A program made the position numbers and the translations under genes. The notes below the pieces were generated by a model. The model searched no databases, was not told the origin of the DNA, and saw only the letters and a list, made by a program, of their open reading frames with translations. 64,000 bases of DNA from Candidatus Gastranaerophilales bacterium (GTDB lineage: Bacteria > Cyanobacteriota > Vampirovibrionia > Gastranaerophilales > Gastranaerophilaceae): contig CANQOQ010000002.1 in the NCBI GenBank assembly GCA_947625495.1, positions 122,306-186,305 on the forward strand. Reading direction: 5' to 3'. Of the stretch, positions 1-9,641 are shown in pieces; the stretch's first letter is position 1; each line of letters opens with the position of its first letter.

Positions 1-342
1 ATCGCTTTGTGTTTCGGTAATTTTATTATAAAGTTTTTCAATACAGGTCAATTCCATATAGTCATCGCCGTCAATAAAGAAAATATATTGACCGCGTGCC
101 ATTTGAACCCCGAAATTTCTTGCTATTCCCTGTTTTAAATTTTCACTGTTTTTATAAATTACAAATCTTTTATCATTTTTTGCATATTCATTAACTATTT
201 CAAGCGTTTTATCAGTTGAATGATTATCTACAATTATAATTTCTATATCTTTAAAAGTCTGGTTTACGACACTGTCAAGTGTTTGTCTTATATACTTTTC
301 TACATTATAAACAGCTAAAATAACTGAAACTTTTACGGGCAT
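1..342 (-). CDS. glycosyltransferase family 2, N-terminal part (gene runs off the window start)
   Basis: Own reverse-strand translation from ATG at 340-342: MPVKVSVILAVYNVEKYIRQTLDSVVNQTFKDIEIIIVDNHSTDKT...FIDGDDYM. This is the typical GT2 N-terminal signature with a DxD motif. It is absent from the ORF track because it is truncated. Confidence 0.8.
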   Translation of the reverse strand, partial: MPVKVSVILAVYNVEKYIRQTLDSVVNQTFKDIEIIIVDNHSTDKTLEIVNEYAKNDKRFVIYKNSENLKQGIARNFGVQMARGQYIFFIDGDDYMELTCIEKLYNKITETQSD

Positions 343-419
343 AATTAACCTTTTATGTTGTATAATAATTAAATTTATTTTATCATTAATTAAAATAGTT
401 GGTAAATAAAATAAATAAA

Positions 420-1526
420 ATGAAAAAAGCAGCTTTCATAGTCAATGAATATAATGAAGATATATTTTTTGGCGGAGGTGAAAAAGTCAATTCTTATATC
501 ATTAAAGAACTTATCAACAGAAATTATTCAGTTGACATATATACAGCTGTTTCTTACGTAAAAACAAGTAAAATTGTTAATATCTATATAAAAGATAAAA
601 ATTTTGATAATAATTATGAAAACATATTAAAAAATTATGATTTAGTTATATCGACCAATTTGGAATATCCCTCTGAAATCACTTATTCACACAGTCATTC
701 TTATATGTGGAATAAAAATATTTTAAATTTAATGTTTGAAAAAATATTCAAAAAATCATATAAATTAAGAATTAACAGACATAAAACAGCATTAGAAAAT
801 TCAAAAAAGATAAATAAAATTGTAGTATCTTCCAATATTATAAAACGGGATTATACAAAAAATTATAAAATTCCGTTTGAAAAGATTTTTATACTGCCTC
901 CGGGCGTTGATTACAGAGAATATGAATTAAAAGAAACAAATAAAAATAATTGTTTTACATTCGGCTTAGTCGGTAAAAGCGCCATAAAAAAGGGCGTATT
1001 TACAGCATTTAAAGCAGCCGGCCGTTTAGTTTCCAAAAACAAAAATTTTAAAGTAAAAATAATAAATAAAGAATATTATAGATATCCTCTAATAAGGATT
1101 CTTTTTAAAATAATTCTATATTTATTGAGAATAAATAAAAATATAGAATTTATGCCGCTTCAAAAGAATATGGAAAATTTTTATAATTCAATAGATTGTT
1201 TATTAGTACCATCATTAAAAGAGCCTTTTGGTTTAGTCGTTACGGAAGCAATGTCATATTCCATTCCCGTAATTGTTTCATCAGTCTCGGGTGCCGGTGA
1301 TTTAATAACCGATAAAGAAAACGGAATAATTATTGATTTTTCAAATAAAAATAAATCAAAAGAATTATATAAAGCTATGGAATATATTATTAATATTTCT
1401 GATGAAGAATATAAAAAACTGTCATATAATTCTTGGAAAACAATAAAAAATATGTCTTTTGATAAGTTTGCATATGATTTTGTTAATCTTGCCGAAAAAA
1501 AATTTAATCTGGTGTCGCAACCGTAA
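420..1526 (+). CDS. glycosyltransferase, GT-B fold (GT4/Glycos_transf_1-like)
   Basis: C-terminal EPFGLVVTEAMSYSIPVIVSSVSGAGDLITDKENG motif. ATG at 420 (MKKAAF) preferred over TTG at 399. Confidence 0.8.
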   Translation: MKKAAFIVNEYNEDIFFGGGEKVNSYIIKELINRNYSVDIYTAVSYVKTSKIVNIYIKDKNFDNNYENILKNYDLVISTNLEYPSEITYSHSHSYMWNKNILNLMFEKIFKKSYKLRINRHKTALENSKKINKIVVSSNIIKRDYTKNYKIPFEKIFILPPGVDYREYELKETNKNNCFTFGLVGKSAIKKGVFTAFKAAGRLVSKNKNFKVKIINKEYYRYPLIRILFKIILYLLRINKNIEFMPLQKNMENFYNSIDCLLVPSLKEPFGLVVTEAMSYSIPVIVSSVSGAGDLITDKENGIIIDFSNKNKSKELYKAMEYIINISDEEYKKLSYNSWKTIKNMSFDKFAYDFVNLAEKKFNLVSQP

Positions 1527-1579
1527 AGTTGCTCACCTTTTCAAAACGCCACTCGCAAAGTATAAAGGAAATTATTTTA

Positions 1580-1879
1580 ATGATATTAAAGGAATTTTCA
1601 AAATATTTACAAAACAATAAAGAAGAAAATTCGGTTATTTTATTAAATAATTGGCTTATAGAGCGCCTTATGTCGCCTTCATTAAATAAAGTTGATATTA
1701 TATTAAAAACAGAATTATATTATGCAAAAAACAGCAGCGGAAAAACATTAATTATAGCAAAAAGTGAAACGGGAAGAAATTTGATGAATGCATTATATAA
1801 TTTTTCTTTAAGTTTTGAACAGTATAAACTTGCAAAATTTTTACATGACAAAAAATCGAGCGATTTTAAGCATGATTAA
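1580..1879 (+). CDS. hypothetical protein
   Basis: ORF 1529-1879. Internal ATG at 1580 is preceded by aaggaa. No recognisable domain. Confidence 0.4.
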   Translation: MILKEFSKYLQNNKEENSVILLNNWLIERLMSPSLNKVDIILKTELYYAKNSSGKTLIIAKSETGRNLMNALYNFSLSFEQYKLAKFLHDKKSSDFKHD

Positions 1880-1893
1880 AAAACAATAAAATA

Positions 1894-1914
1894 GCATGTT
1901 TACATGCCTTTTTT
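1894..1914 (+). terminator. weak hairpin plus T-run after the hypothetical ORF
   Basis: gcatg-ttta-catgc followed by cttttttg. Confidence 0.3.
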
Positions 1915-1939
1915 GTATCAAAAATTTACATCTTTAAAA

Positions 1940-2259
1940 AAACTTAAAAATGTATAAAACCTGTAGAAAACTTTTTCAAATGTTGTTTATAATTTTAAAA
2001 AATTTTAGAAAACTTTTTTATATAAAAATAAAATTAAATATTTGAACATTTAATAAACAAGTTTTAAAAAATAATCTACAAGTTTTAAACATGGCTGAAA
2101 ATCAATTATAATAATTGTTTCAAATATTTTTATACAATTTATAAAAAAGCTTATTATTACTTTTATTTTATATATATAAATTAAGTAAATAATAAAAACT
2201 TTAGTTTTTAAATTTTTCTTATATAATATATGTGTAAAAGATAAATTGAGGGTAGTTTT
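1940..2259. other. candidate replication-origin-like AT-rich region upstream of dnaN
   Basis: Very AT-rich 380-bp gap. Imperfect DnaA-box-like 9-mers: tgtagaaaa at 1963 (rc TTTTCTACA) and taatctaca at 2072. Duplicated motifs: tagaaaacttttt (1965, 2005) and acaagttttaaa (2057, 2078). Confidence 0.3.
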
Positions 2260-3375
2260 ATGCTATTTACAATAGATAAAGATTCACTTTTAAATAAATT
2301 AAAAATAGTTGAAAAAGTAACAGCTCAAAGAGGAAATGTACAGCCTGTACTCGCTAATGTTTTATTTGAAGCCGAAAATAACACACTTAATTTAAGTGCA
2401 ACCGATTTAGAAATATCAATAAAAGCAAAAACTACCGTAGCAGTGAAAAAAGAAGGTAAAATAACGCTTCCTGCAAAAAAACTTTTGGAAATTGCTGCTA
2501 AACTTCCTGATAAACCGGTTGAATTTTCACTAAATGAAGATACAAACGTTGTAAGTATAATTTGCGGAAATTCAAAATTTGAAATAATAGGAATTTCAGC
2601 TTCCGAATTTCCGAAGATTGAAGATGAAATTGCAGGCGGAACTGAAATAGAAATAGAACTTGAACCGTTATTAAAATCCATAAGAAACACGGTTTATGCA
2701 GCTGCAAATTATGAAAACAGAAACGTAATATCAGGTGTATTTTGTTTGATAAAAGGTAATTCACTTGAAATGGCAGCAACGGACGGAAACAGATTAACAA
2801 GAATTATTGAAGCCATTAAGAATAAAGATGAAAAATCAGCTAAAATAGTTATTCCGTCTAAAACTTTAAATGAATTTGTAAGAATTTGTTCATTTATAAC
2901 CGAAGAAAAAGTTATTTTAATTGTTGATAAATCAAAATTAACATTAAAGACAATGAGTTTTTCAATAAATTCAAGATTAATAGAAGGAGAATATCCTCCT
3001 TATGAACAGTTGATACCAAAAACAACAGCTAATAATTCAGTAATATCAAGAGATGAGTTAATTACTGCACTTGACAGAGTTTCAACAATGGTAAATGACA
3101 GAACAAGCATAGTAAAATTCGGTTTTAACGATAATAAGTTAACTCTAAAAGCTGAAACTCCAAATTCAGGTACTTCAGAAGACGTAATTGACTGTAATTA
3201 TACCGGAGAAGAGTTAGCAATAGCATTTAATTATAAATATGTACTTGATTCTATAAAAACAATGGAATCAAAGAATGTAAAAGTAGGATTAAACGGAAGT
3301 TTGTCAGCAACGGTATTTAAACCTGACAGCGATGAAAATTATATTTGTTTAATAATGCCTATTCAGATAAGATAA
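2260..3375 (+). CDS. dnaN: DNA polymerase III beta sliding clamp
   Basis: 371 aa with typical DnaN N-terminus (KDSLLNKLKIVEKVTAQRGNVQPVLANVLFEA..LNLSATDLEISI) and length. RBS gaggg. Confidence 0.95.
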   Translation: MLFTIDKDSLLNKLKIVEKVTAQRGNVQPVLANVLFEAENNTLNLSATDLEISIKAKTTVAVKKEGKITLPAKKLLEIAAKLPDKPVEFSLNEDTNVVSIICGNSKFEIIGISASEFPKIEDEIAGGTEIEIELEPLLKSIRNTVYAAANYENRNVISGVFCLIKGNSLEMAATDGNRLTRIIEAIKNKDEKSAKIVIPSKTLNEFVRICSFITEEKVILIVDKSKLTLKTMSFSINSRLIEGEYPPYEQLIPKTTANNSVISRDELITALDRVSTMVNDRTSIVKFGFNDNKLTLKAETPNSGTSEDVIDCNYTGEELAIAFNYKYVLDSIKTMESKNVKVGLNGSLSATVFKPDSDENYICLIMPIQIR

Positions 3376-3385
3376 AAGGTTAGAT

Positions 3386-4312
3386 ATGAAAGTAAGCGTA
3401 AAAGTTCCCGCAACAACAGCAAATTTAGGTCCCGGTTTTGATTGTTTGGGACTTGCACTTCCTTTATATAATGAGGTTGCCGTTGAAGAAACGGTTATGC
3501 CCGGAAGCGGTATTGAAATTAATATTCTTGATGAAAATGATATGTATGATGTTTTATCAATACCAAAAGATGACAATAATCTGGCTTATAAGGCAATAGA
3601 ACTTTTATATAATTTTATAGGTCAGAGTGTAAGTGACATAAAAATAACAATAAAAACAAATATACCCGTAGCAAGAGGATTAGGTTCAAGTGCTTCGGTT
3701 ATAGTAGGCGGGCTTGTTGCAGCTAATGAGTTGCTGGGCAGACCCGCTGATGATGCGGTTATTTTATCAATAGCTTCAGAGGTTGAAGGTCATCCTGATA
3801 ATGTTGCTCCTGCTATTTATGGCGGTTTTTGTATTTCTTCAATGGAAAGTGACGGAAGCGTTTCTTATTCCAAGATAGATTGGCCTAAGGATTGGAAATT
3901 AACGGTTATAATTCCTGATTATGAACTTGATACTTCTATATCAAGGTCAGTTATACCTGAAAGTATAAGCGTAAAAGATGCAGCTTTTAATGTAAGAAAG
4001 TGTGCCATGCTGGTTGATGCAGTTTATAAACAGGATTCTGAGCAATTAAAAAAATGTTTAAAAGATAAGCTTCATCAGCCATATAGAGAAAAACTCATTA
4101 AAGGTTTTAAAGAGTTAAATGAACTGCTTGAAAACAAAGAAGATATTTTAGGCTGTGTAATATCAGGTGCAGGTCCTTCTATTTTGGTTATTTCCAAAAA
4201 TGACGGGTTTGAAAAGGTTCAAAATGAAGTAAAAAATATTTTTGATGATTTTAATGTTGAATGTGATATAAGGACATTTGATGTTGAAAATCAAGGTACG
4301 ATAGTAATATAA
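3386..4312 (+). CDS. thrB: homoserine kinase
   Basis: KVPATTANLGPGFDCLGLAL and GLGSSAS GHMP-kinase motifs; 308 aa. Confidence 0.92.
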   Translation: MKVSVKVPATTANLGPGFDCLGLALPLYNEVAVEETVMPGSGIEINILDENDMYDVLSIPKDDNNLAYKAIELLYNFIGQSVSDIKITIKTNIPVARGLGSSASVIVGGLVAANELLGRPADDAVILSIASEVEGHPDNVAPAIYGGFCISSMESDGSVSYSKIDWPKDWKLTVIIPDYELDTSISRSVIPESISVKDAAFNVRKCAMLVDAVYKQDSEQLKKCLKDKLHQPYREKLIKGFKELNELLENKEDILGCVISGAGPSILVISKNDGFEKVQNEVKNIFDDFNVECDIRTFDVENQGTIVI

Positions 4313-4325
4313 AAGGAGAGATAAA

Positions 4326-5522
4326 ATGAAAAAATCTGTTAAAGATTTGGGGGATATCAAAGGAAAGAGAGCTCTTGTAAGAGTAGATATTAATGTTCCT
4401 TTGGATGAAAATAAAAATGTATCGGATGATACAAGAATACAGGCAATAATGCCAACTTTAAAATTTTTAAAAGATAAAGGTGCAAAAGTTATATTAATGG
4501 CACATTTAGGCAGACCAAAAGGCGAAAAGAATCCTGAATTCAGTTTAGCACCTGTTGCAAAATATATGTCTAAATTGCTTGGTGAAGAGGTAATGTTTAT
4601 ACCTGATGTTGATGATGCGGAAAAAATGCTTGCATCATTAAAAGACGGACAAGTGGCACTTTTAGAAAATATCAGATACTACAAAGAAGAAGAAGCAAAA
4701 GATGATGATATGACATTTGCAAATAAATTAGCTAAATTAGGTGATTTTTATGTAAATGATGCATTTGGTGCAGCACACAGAAATCATACTTCAACAGCGA
4801 AACTTGCAAGAGTTTTAAAACCTGCGGTATCAGGTTTATTAATGGAAAAAGAAATAAGATGTTTATCACAGGCTCTTGATAATCCGACTCGTCCGTTTAC
4901 GGCAGTTGTAGGGGGAGCTAAAGTTTCTTCTAAAATCGGAGTTTTAGAAAACCTATTGGATAAAGTTGACAATATGATAATAGGCGGCGGTATGGCTTAT
5001 ACTTTTGTAAAAGCTAACGGCGGTAAAATTGGTAATTCTATTTGTGAAGACGACCAATTGGATGTTGCAAGAGCAATCGAAAAGAAAGCTCAAGAAAAAG
5101 GCGTTAAACTTGTTATGGCAACTGATGTTTTGGTTACCAATGATTTTTCAGGCAACGGCGAAAATAAGTTCGTTAAAATTAATGAAATACCTGACGGATT
5201 TGAAGGCGTTGATGCAGGTTTAGAATCAAGAAAAGCATTTAGTGATGTTTTAAAATCATCAAAAACAATATTAATGAACGGTCCTGTCGGTGCTTTTGAA
5301 AATCCAAAATTTGCTGAAGGTACAAAAGCGGTTCTTCAAGCTGTTGTTGAAGCTACAAAAAACGGTGCAACCTCTGTTATAGGCGGCGGCGACAGTGTAT
5401 CGGCTGCTAAAAAATTCTTTAAAGCGGAAGACTTCACTCACGTATCAACAGGCGGCGGTGCTTCATTAGAATTTATAGAAGGTAAAGTACTTCCCGGTGT
5501 TGCCGCTTTGGATGATAAATAA
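4326..5522 (+). CDS. pgk: phosphoglycerate kinase
   Basis: RVDINVPLD, HLGRPKG and GGGDS..A motifs; 398 aa; RBS aaggagag. Confidence 0.97.
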   Translation: MKKSVKDLGDIKGKRALVRVDINVPLDENKNVSDDTRIQAIMPTLKFLKDKGAKVILMAHLGRPKGEKNPEFSLAPVAKYMSKLLGEEVMFIPDVDDAEKMLASLKDGQVALLENIRYYKEEEAKDDDMTFANKLAKLGDFYVNDAFGAAHRNHTSTAKLARVLKPAVSGLLMEKEIRCLSQALDNPTRPFTAVVGGAKVSSKIGVLENLLDKVDNMIIGGGMAYTFVKANGGKIGNSICEDDQLDVARAIEKKAQEKGVKLVMATDVLVTNDFSGNGENKFVKINEIPDGFEGVDAGLESRKAFSDVLKSSKTILMNGPVGAFENPKFAEGTKAVLQAVVEATKNGATSVIGGGDSVSAAKKFFKAEDFTHVSTGGGASLEFIEGKVLPGVAALDDK

Positions 5523-5540
5523 ATAATTTAAAAATAAATA

Positions 5541-5570
5541 AAAAAAGGAAGGATTTAATCCTTCCTTTTT
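5541..5570. terminator. bidirectional intrinsic terminator between pgk and the convergent HSP20-like gene
   Basis: Perfect 10-bp stem aaggaaggat / atccttcctt (5545-5554 / 5558-5567), 3-nt loop, flanked by an A-run and a T-run. Confidence 0.7.
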
Positions 5571-6150
5571 AATTTTTTAACGGTACTGAAATTATTAAAT
5601 CTTTTCCGTCTTTATATTTTTTTATTTTCATTTTATCCGCATTTGAAGGAAGCAGAAAATCCTGCGAGAAAGAAATATCCTGCTGTGTAGTTTTATCTTT
5701 AACTTCGCTTGAACCGAATACAGTCAGTTTTCTGCCCGTTAAATTATAGTTAATTTTATCAATGTTTCCTTGAAAAGGTTTTAAATCAACAATTACATTA
5801 AAATTATTATCTTCAAATTCCGTTCTTATTTTAACCGCATCCATCATAAATAAAGGAACGGCAAGGTCACTATAATCTATTTTAGGCAGCTCTTTTTTGA
5901 ATATATCATCAAAATGTTTCATTTCATGTCTGTATGATTTTTCCATGTCATTAAACATTTTCTTTTCAAATCTGTCTATATTGTGAGGCATAAAAAGATG
6001 ATTTCTGTAATATCTTTCTGCCATTTGGTCAAATACAAAGTAAAATGCAACAAGTCCGCCTAAAAATGTTCCGAGCATCATTGCAAGATACTTTTTCCAA
6101 TTATGATGATAATGATATTCATTATTTTTTTGTTCACAGTTTTCTTCCAT
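5569..6150 (-). CDS. membrane-anchored HSP20/alpha-crystallin-like protein
   Basis: N-terminal TM helix (YLAMMLGTFLGGLVAFYFVF). C-terminal FNVIVDLKPF...LTVFG...FSQDFLLPSNAD...LIISVPLK matches the alpha-crystallin domain pattern. Confidence 0.6.
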   Translation of the reverse strand: MEENCEQKNNEYHYHHNWKKYLAMMLGTFLGGLVAFYFVFDQMAERYYRNHLFMPHNIDRFEKKMFNDMEKSYRHEMKHFDDIFKKELPKIDYSDLAVPLFMMDAVKIRTEFEDNNFNVIVDLKPFQGNIDKINYNLTGRKLTVFGSSEVKDKTTQQDISFSQDFLLPSNADKMKIKKYKDGKDLIISVPLKN

Positions 6151-6176
6151 ATTGCTTTCCTTTCTTTTTTAAATAA

Positions 6177-6205
6177 ATTATAGTGACATGTTGAAATTTT
6201 AACAA
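6177..6205 (-). promoter_or_regulatory. sigma70-like promoter for the HSP20-like gene
   Basis: On the minus strand: TTGTTA, 17-nt spacer, TATAAT, about 25 nt upstream of the ATG at 6150. Confidence 0.4.
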
Positions 6206-6217
6206 TATACTTTTGTT

Positions 6218-6526
6218 TTAATCATTTATACAGTTATTTAAATATTCAATAGTATCCATTTTGTTATCGTATAAGAATTTTAAAAAATATAAATAGTTAA
6301 TGTCATGAGAAGAAACTGTAACGTTAATTTCAAATCCGTCAGAGCAAAACGGCTCGTAATCATAAATAACGTAGCTGTTATATTTGCTTTTCCACTCTTT
6401 TTTATCTACCAGACAGTTGTTTTCTAATGCTGTTTCTTCCAGCCACGGAATAAGATCTTTTGATATATTTTTAAACTCAATTTGGCTTCTTTGATTTAAT
6501 CCGTTAATATATTTTTCAACTAGCAT
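6218..6526 (-). CDS. hypothetical protein (102 aa)
   Basis: Isolated ORF with no recognisable motif. Confidence 0.5.
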   Translation of the reverse strand: MLVEKYINGLNQRSQIEFKNISKDLIPWLEETALENNCLVDKKEWKSKYNSYVIYDYEPFCSDGFEINVTVSSHDINYLYFLKFLYDNKMDTIEYLNNCIND

Positions 6527-6828
6527 TTTCTATACCCCGTAATAACTTTTAATTTACACACTTCCATATATCCCAAAAATGTTCAGGGATATATTAAGTT
6601 TAAATTTATTTTAAACCTGATAAAATATACCAAGGTATAATATTTTAGTTGTATAATCAGGCTATTTTTTTTAATTTAAAAAAAATAATTGTAATAATCA
6701 ATATAATAAAAAATACTATTATTATTGAGTTTTAGCCCGGATATAAAGAATATATTAAAAAAAACGGAAATAGCAAATTTTCGGTTTATAATAAAATCGA
6801 AAGTTGAGAAATAATAAAGAGGCATTAT

Positions 6829-7122
6829 ATGAATACAGTATTATTACCTATAGATGAATATTTAAATAAGTTGGAAAATGCTGATAATACAATAAAAAAT
6901 AAGATTGAAAATGAACTTGTAAATATAGGAGAAGAAGCAGTACCATCTTTGGTTGACTCGCTTCAAGTTGTAAAAGGTAAAACAAGAGGTATTGTTGCTA
7001 TGGTTCTTATCAGAATCGGTGAATCTTCAATCGACTACCTCAAAAAAGCAGCTCAAAAAAATAATGATTTTGAATGGATTGCAAATTACTTAATTACCGA
7101 AATTAAAGGTTTGGCTGCTTAA
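6829..7122 (+). CDS. small HEAT-repeat (PBS-lyase-like) protein
   Basis: IGEEAVPSLVDSLQ....GIVAMVLIRIGESSIDYL resembles HEAT_PBS repeats. RBS agagg. Confidence 0.5.
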   Translation: MNTVLLPIDEYLNKLENADNTIKNKIENELVNIGEEAVPSLVDSLQVVKGKTRGIVAMVLIRIGESSIDYLKKAAQKNNDFEWIANYLITEIKGLAA

Positions 7123-7138
7123 ATAAAAAAAATTTAAG

Positions 7139-7174
7139 AAAACCGGCTCAAAAATTATTTGGGTCGGTTTTTTG
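7139..7174 (+). terminator. intrinsic terminator
   Basis: aaaaccggctc / gggtcggtttt stem (with G-U pairs), 11-nt loop, T-run. Confidence 0.45.
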
Positions 7175-7266
7175 TATCCTTATTGTAATAAAAGGCTTGA
7201 AAACCTTGACTTTATTACTTTCTTAGAATATTATGTTAATATCAAAAAGGGATTGGGGAAATAAAT

Positions 7267-7857
7267 ATGAGAAATTCATCAATTTACAGGTCTAATCTTT
7301 CGGGTGAAAAGATTGCTTTTTTATCTGAGGTTAAAAATCAAAAAGATATGGAGCCTCAAGAAGATAATAATACACCTAAAGCCTATAAAAGATCAGGGAA
7401 ACAAAAAGAACTTGATATGCTGTGGCAGAATTTTAAAATTAATCCCAAAGAAGAAAAATCTCCGGGTGTTTATTTATTAACAGGATTTATTGCAGGTGCT
7501 TTATGCATGTTCCTAATGAATGCTATTTTAAGTTTGGGTTCTAATATTTCAAACTCAACAGCAGAATCATCTTTAGGCCAGCCAAAATTTGAAAAGAAAA
7601 TTTCAAGAAAAAATAAATTGCCTCAAATAGCTTCTTCCGCAGAAGTATTTCCTTCTATATCCGCTAATCAGGAGGAACCTAGTATTCCTGCTAATGAAAC
7701 TTATGTAGTTAAATCAGGTGATTCTATGAGCAGTATTGTTTACCACTTCTACGGTAAATATGACCCTGAAAAAATTGAAAAAATTAAGCAGGTTAACAAT
7801 TTAACCAGTGCAAACAGGCTTTCTATCGGTCAGGAACTTATTATTCCAATGAACTGA
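7267..7857 (+). CDS. LysM domain membrane protein
   Basis: One TM helix (GVYLLTGFIAGALCMFLMNAIL). C-terminal LysM: YVVKSGDSMSSIVYHFYG...NRLSIGQELIIP. Confidence 0.75.
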   Translation: MRNSSIYRSNLSGEKIAFLSEVKNQKDMEPQEDNNTPKAYKRSGKQKELDMLWQNFKINPKEEKSPGVYLLTGFIAGALCMFLMNAILSLGSNISNSTAESSLGQPKFEKKISRKNKLPQIASSAEVFPSISANQEEPSIPANETYVVKSGDSMSSIVYHFYGKYDPEKIEKIKQVNNLTSANRLSIGQELIIPMN

Positions 7858-8377
7858 TATATGTAATTTGTTTATTACCGTATACTTTGGCTTTGATTAA
7901 TTCAAAGCCATTGTTGTTTATGGATTTATCAACAGGGTGTTCCAGTATTACAATTCCGCCTTGATTTAATATGTTATTTTTTTTGATTATATCAAGCGAC
8001 TGTTCATAAAGGTCAGAGTCATAAGGCGGGTCTATAAATATTACATCTGCCTTAGTGCTTATTTTTAATATGTTTTTTAGTGAATCTCCAAAATATAAAT
8101 TTGGAGTAAGCTTTAAATTTTTATAATTTTCCTTAATTGCAAGTGCTGTTTTTCTGTCTTTTTCAAAACATATAACATTAAATCCCCTCGATAGAGCCTC
8201 CAAACCCATTATTCCGCTTCCCGAGAACATATCTATAAAGGTTTTGCCGTTAAAATCCATCATTGAAGAAAGCGTGTTAAAAATTCCCTGACGGGTTTTT
8301 GATAATGTGGGCTTAATATTATCAAAATCAGGTGTTTGAATCTTTCTTGAATTATATATTCCGCCAGTTATCTGCAT
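7841..8377 (-). CDS. rsmD: 16S rRNA (guanine966-N2)-methyltransferase
   Basis: ITGGIYNSRKIQTP...TRQGIFN, DMFSGSGIMGLEALSRG and FIDPPY motifs. Confidence 0.85.
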   Translation of the reverse strand: MQITGGIYNSRKIQTPDFDNIKPTLSKTRQGIFNTLSSMMDFNGKTFIDMFSGSGIMGLEALSRGFNVICFEKDRKTALAIKENYKNLKLTPNLYFGDSLKNILKISTKADVIFIDPPYDSDLYEQSLDIIKKNNILNQGGIVILEHPVDKSINNNGFELIKAKVYGNKQITYISSLE

Positions 8378-8379
8378 AA

Positions 8380-8907
8380 TTATAATTCTATAAGGTTATT
8401 GGGATTATTTTGACTGCTGTTTGGACTGTATGTCTTAACACTTCCTACGATGTTTACTTGATTTGTCAATAAATTTTGCGAGTAATGAGGCATTTTGTTT
8501 TGATATATAACAAGAATTACACCTTCTTTACCTTGAAATGCACGCTCAATAGCGCATGTGGTTTTACTCTCGCTGCACCAGTATACCATAGCGTCATCCA
8601 TATCCTGCTTAATATAACGGGGCATAATATCTAAATAATTATTTTTGTCTTTACCAAGCTGTTTTTGAAGTATTGCCATAGGGCTTAAAGCCTTATTTTG
8701 GAGTACTCTCTCAGAAAAAATAAACATTTCCGTATAATTTTCACTGCTTTGATTATAAGGGACATAGCATTTCTTTGATTGTACTTTATCGGGACTGTCT
8801 ACTTTATGCCAGCCTTCATTCGGAAAATTAAACTCTAATACGTCTTTTGCAAAAACTAAATTTTGAATAAGTAATAAACTTAAAATAACCAATAATAATT
8901 TTTTCAT
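8380..8907 (-). CDS. secreted hypothetical protein
   Basis: Signal peptide MKKLLLVILSLLLIQNLVFA. ATG at 8907 overlaps the NIF3 stop codon. Confidence 0.6.
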   Translation of the reverse strand: MKKLLLVILSLLLIQNLVFAKDVLEFNFPNEGWHKVDSPDKVQSKKCYVPYNQSSENYTEMFIFSERVLQNKALSPMAILQKQLGKDKNNYLDIMPRYIKQDMDDAMVYWCSESKTTCAIERAFQGKEGVILVIYQNKMPHYSQNLLTNQVNIVGSVKTYSPNSSQNNPNNLIEL

Positions 8908-9641
8908 TATATTAACTCCCACGCAGGTTTTTCAGCAGCTTTAAAAAGCTCTACATCTTCTTTTTTCAATATCTTTTCAAATATGTCGACAACAAATTTT
9001 TCGCTTTGAAAGTGACCTAAATCAATAATGGTAATTGAGTCTGTATTGATAGCCTGATGATGTTTTAAATCACCCGTAATAAATACATCAATACCGATTT
9101 TTTCCAAATCTTGTATATAATCGGCGCCCGACCCCGAGCAAAATGCAATTGAACTGTAGGTTTTCCGTTTACTGTTAACAACTCTTATTTTGGGTATATT
9201 GAAAATTTCTTTTAATTTACTGATTAATTCCTTAAAGTCTTTGTCTTCATTAAATTTTTTATATTTAATAAAATCAAAAGCGGTATCTAAGTCTTTAAAA
9301 CCGCATTTTTCGGCAAGATGTTCGCATACTCCGCCTTTTGCTATATCTAAATTTGTGTGTGCCGAGTATATTTGTATGTTATTTTTTATTGCTTCTATAA
9401 TGAACGGTTTATTTATAATCTTTATCGGGCTGAAAAAAACGGGATGATGTGAAATAATTAAATCACAGTTGGATTTTATTGCCTCTTTCACCGTATTTAT
9501 TGTTACGTCAAGAGTAAGTAAAATTCTGTTTGTTTCTTTATTTCCGAGGTTAATCTGCCAGCCTGAGTTATCCCAACTCTGCATTGTATCCGTCGGTGCA
9601 AATTCTTCTATCTTTTTTATTATTCTGTTTATTTTAGCCAT
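8907..9641 (-). CDS. Nif3-like dinuclear metal centre protein (YbgI family)
   Basis: NSGWQI, ISHHPVFF and SAHTNLD motifs; 244 aa. Confidence 0.85.
   Translation of the reverse strand: MAKINRIIKKIEEFAPTDTMQSWDNSGWQINLGNKETNRILLTLDVTINTVKEAIKSNCDLIISHHPVFFSPIKIINKPFIIEAIKNNIQIYSAHTNLDIAKGGVCEHLAEKCGFKDLDTAFDFIKYKKFNEDKDFKELISKLKEIFNIPKIRVVNSKRKTYSSIAFCSGSGADYIQDLEKIGIDVFITGDLKHHQAINTDSITIIDLGHFQSEKFVVDIFEKILKKEDVELFKAAEKPAWELI

Noticed and set aside
2325-2800. Antisense ORFs inside dnaN, representative of many track ORFs. Others include 9190-9654, 10187-10759, 12283-12947, 13364-14455, 17296-18503, 24497-25570, 36031-36594, 41138-41488, 45634-46310, 51719-52177 and 53641-54090.
   Set aside because: All lie opposite or out of frame within confidently identified genes. 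They have low-complexity translations and no start context, and are shadow ORFs typical of AT-rich DNA.
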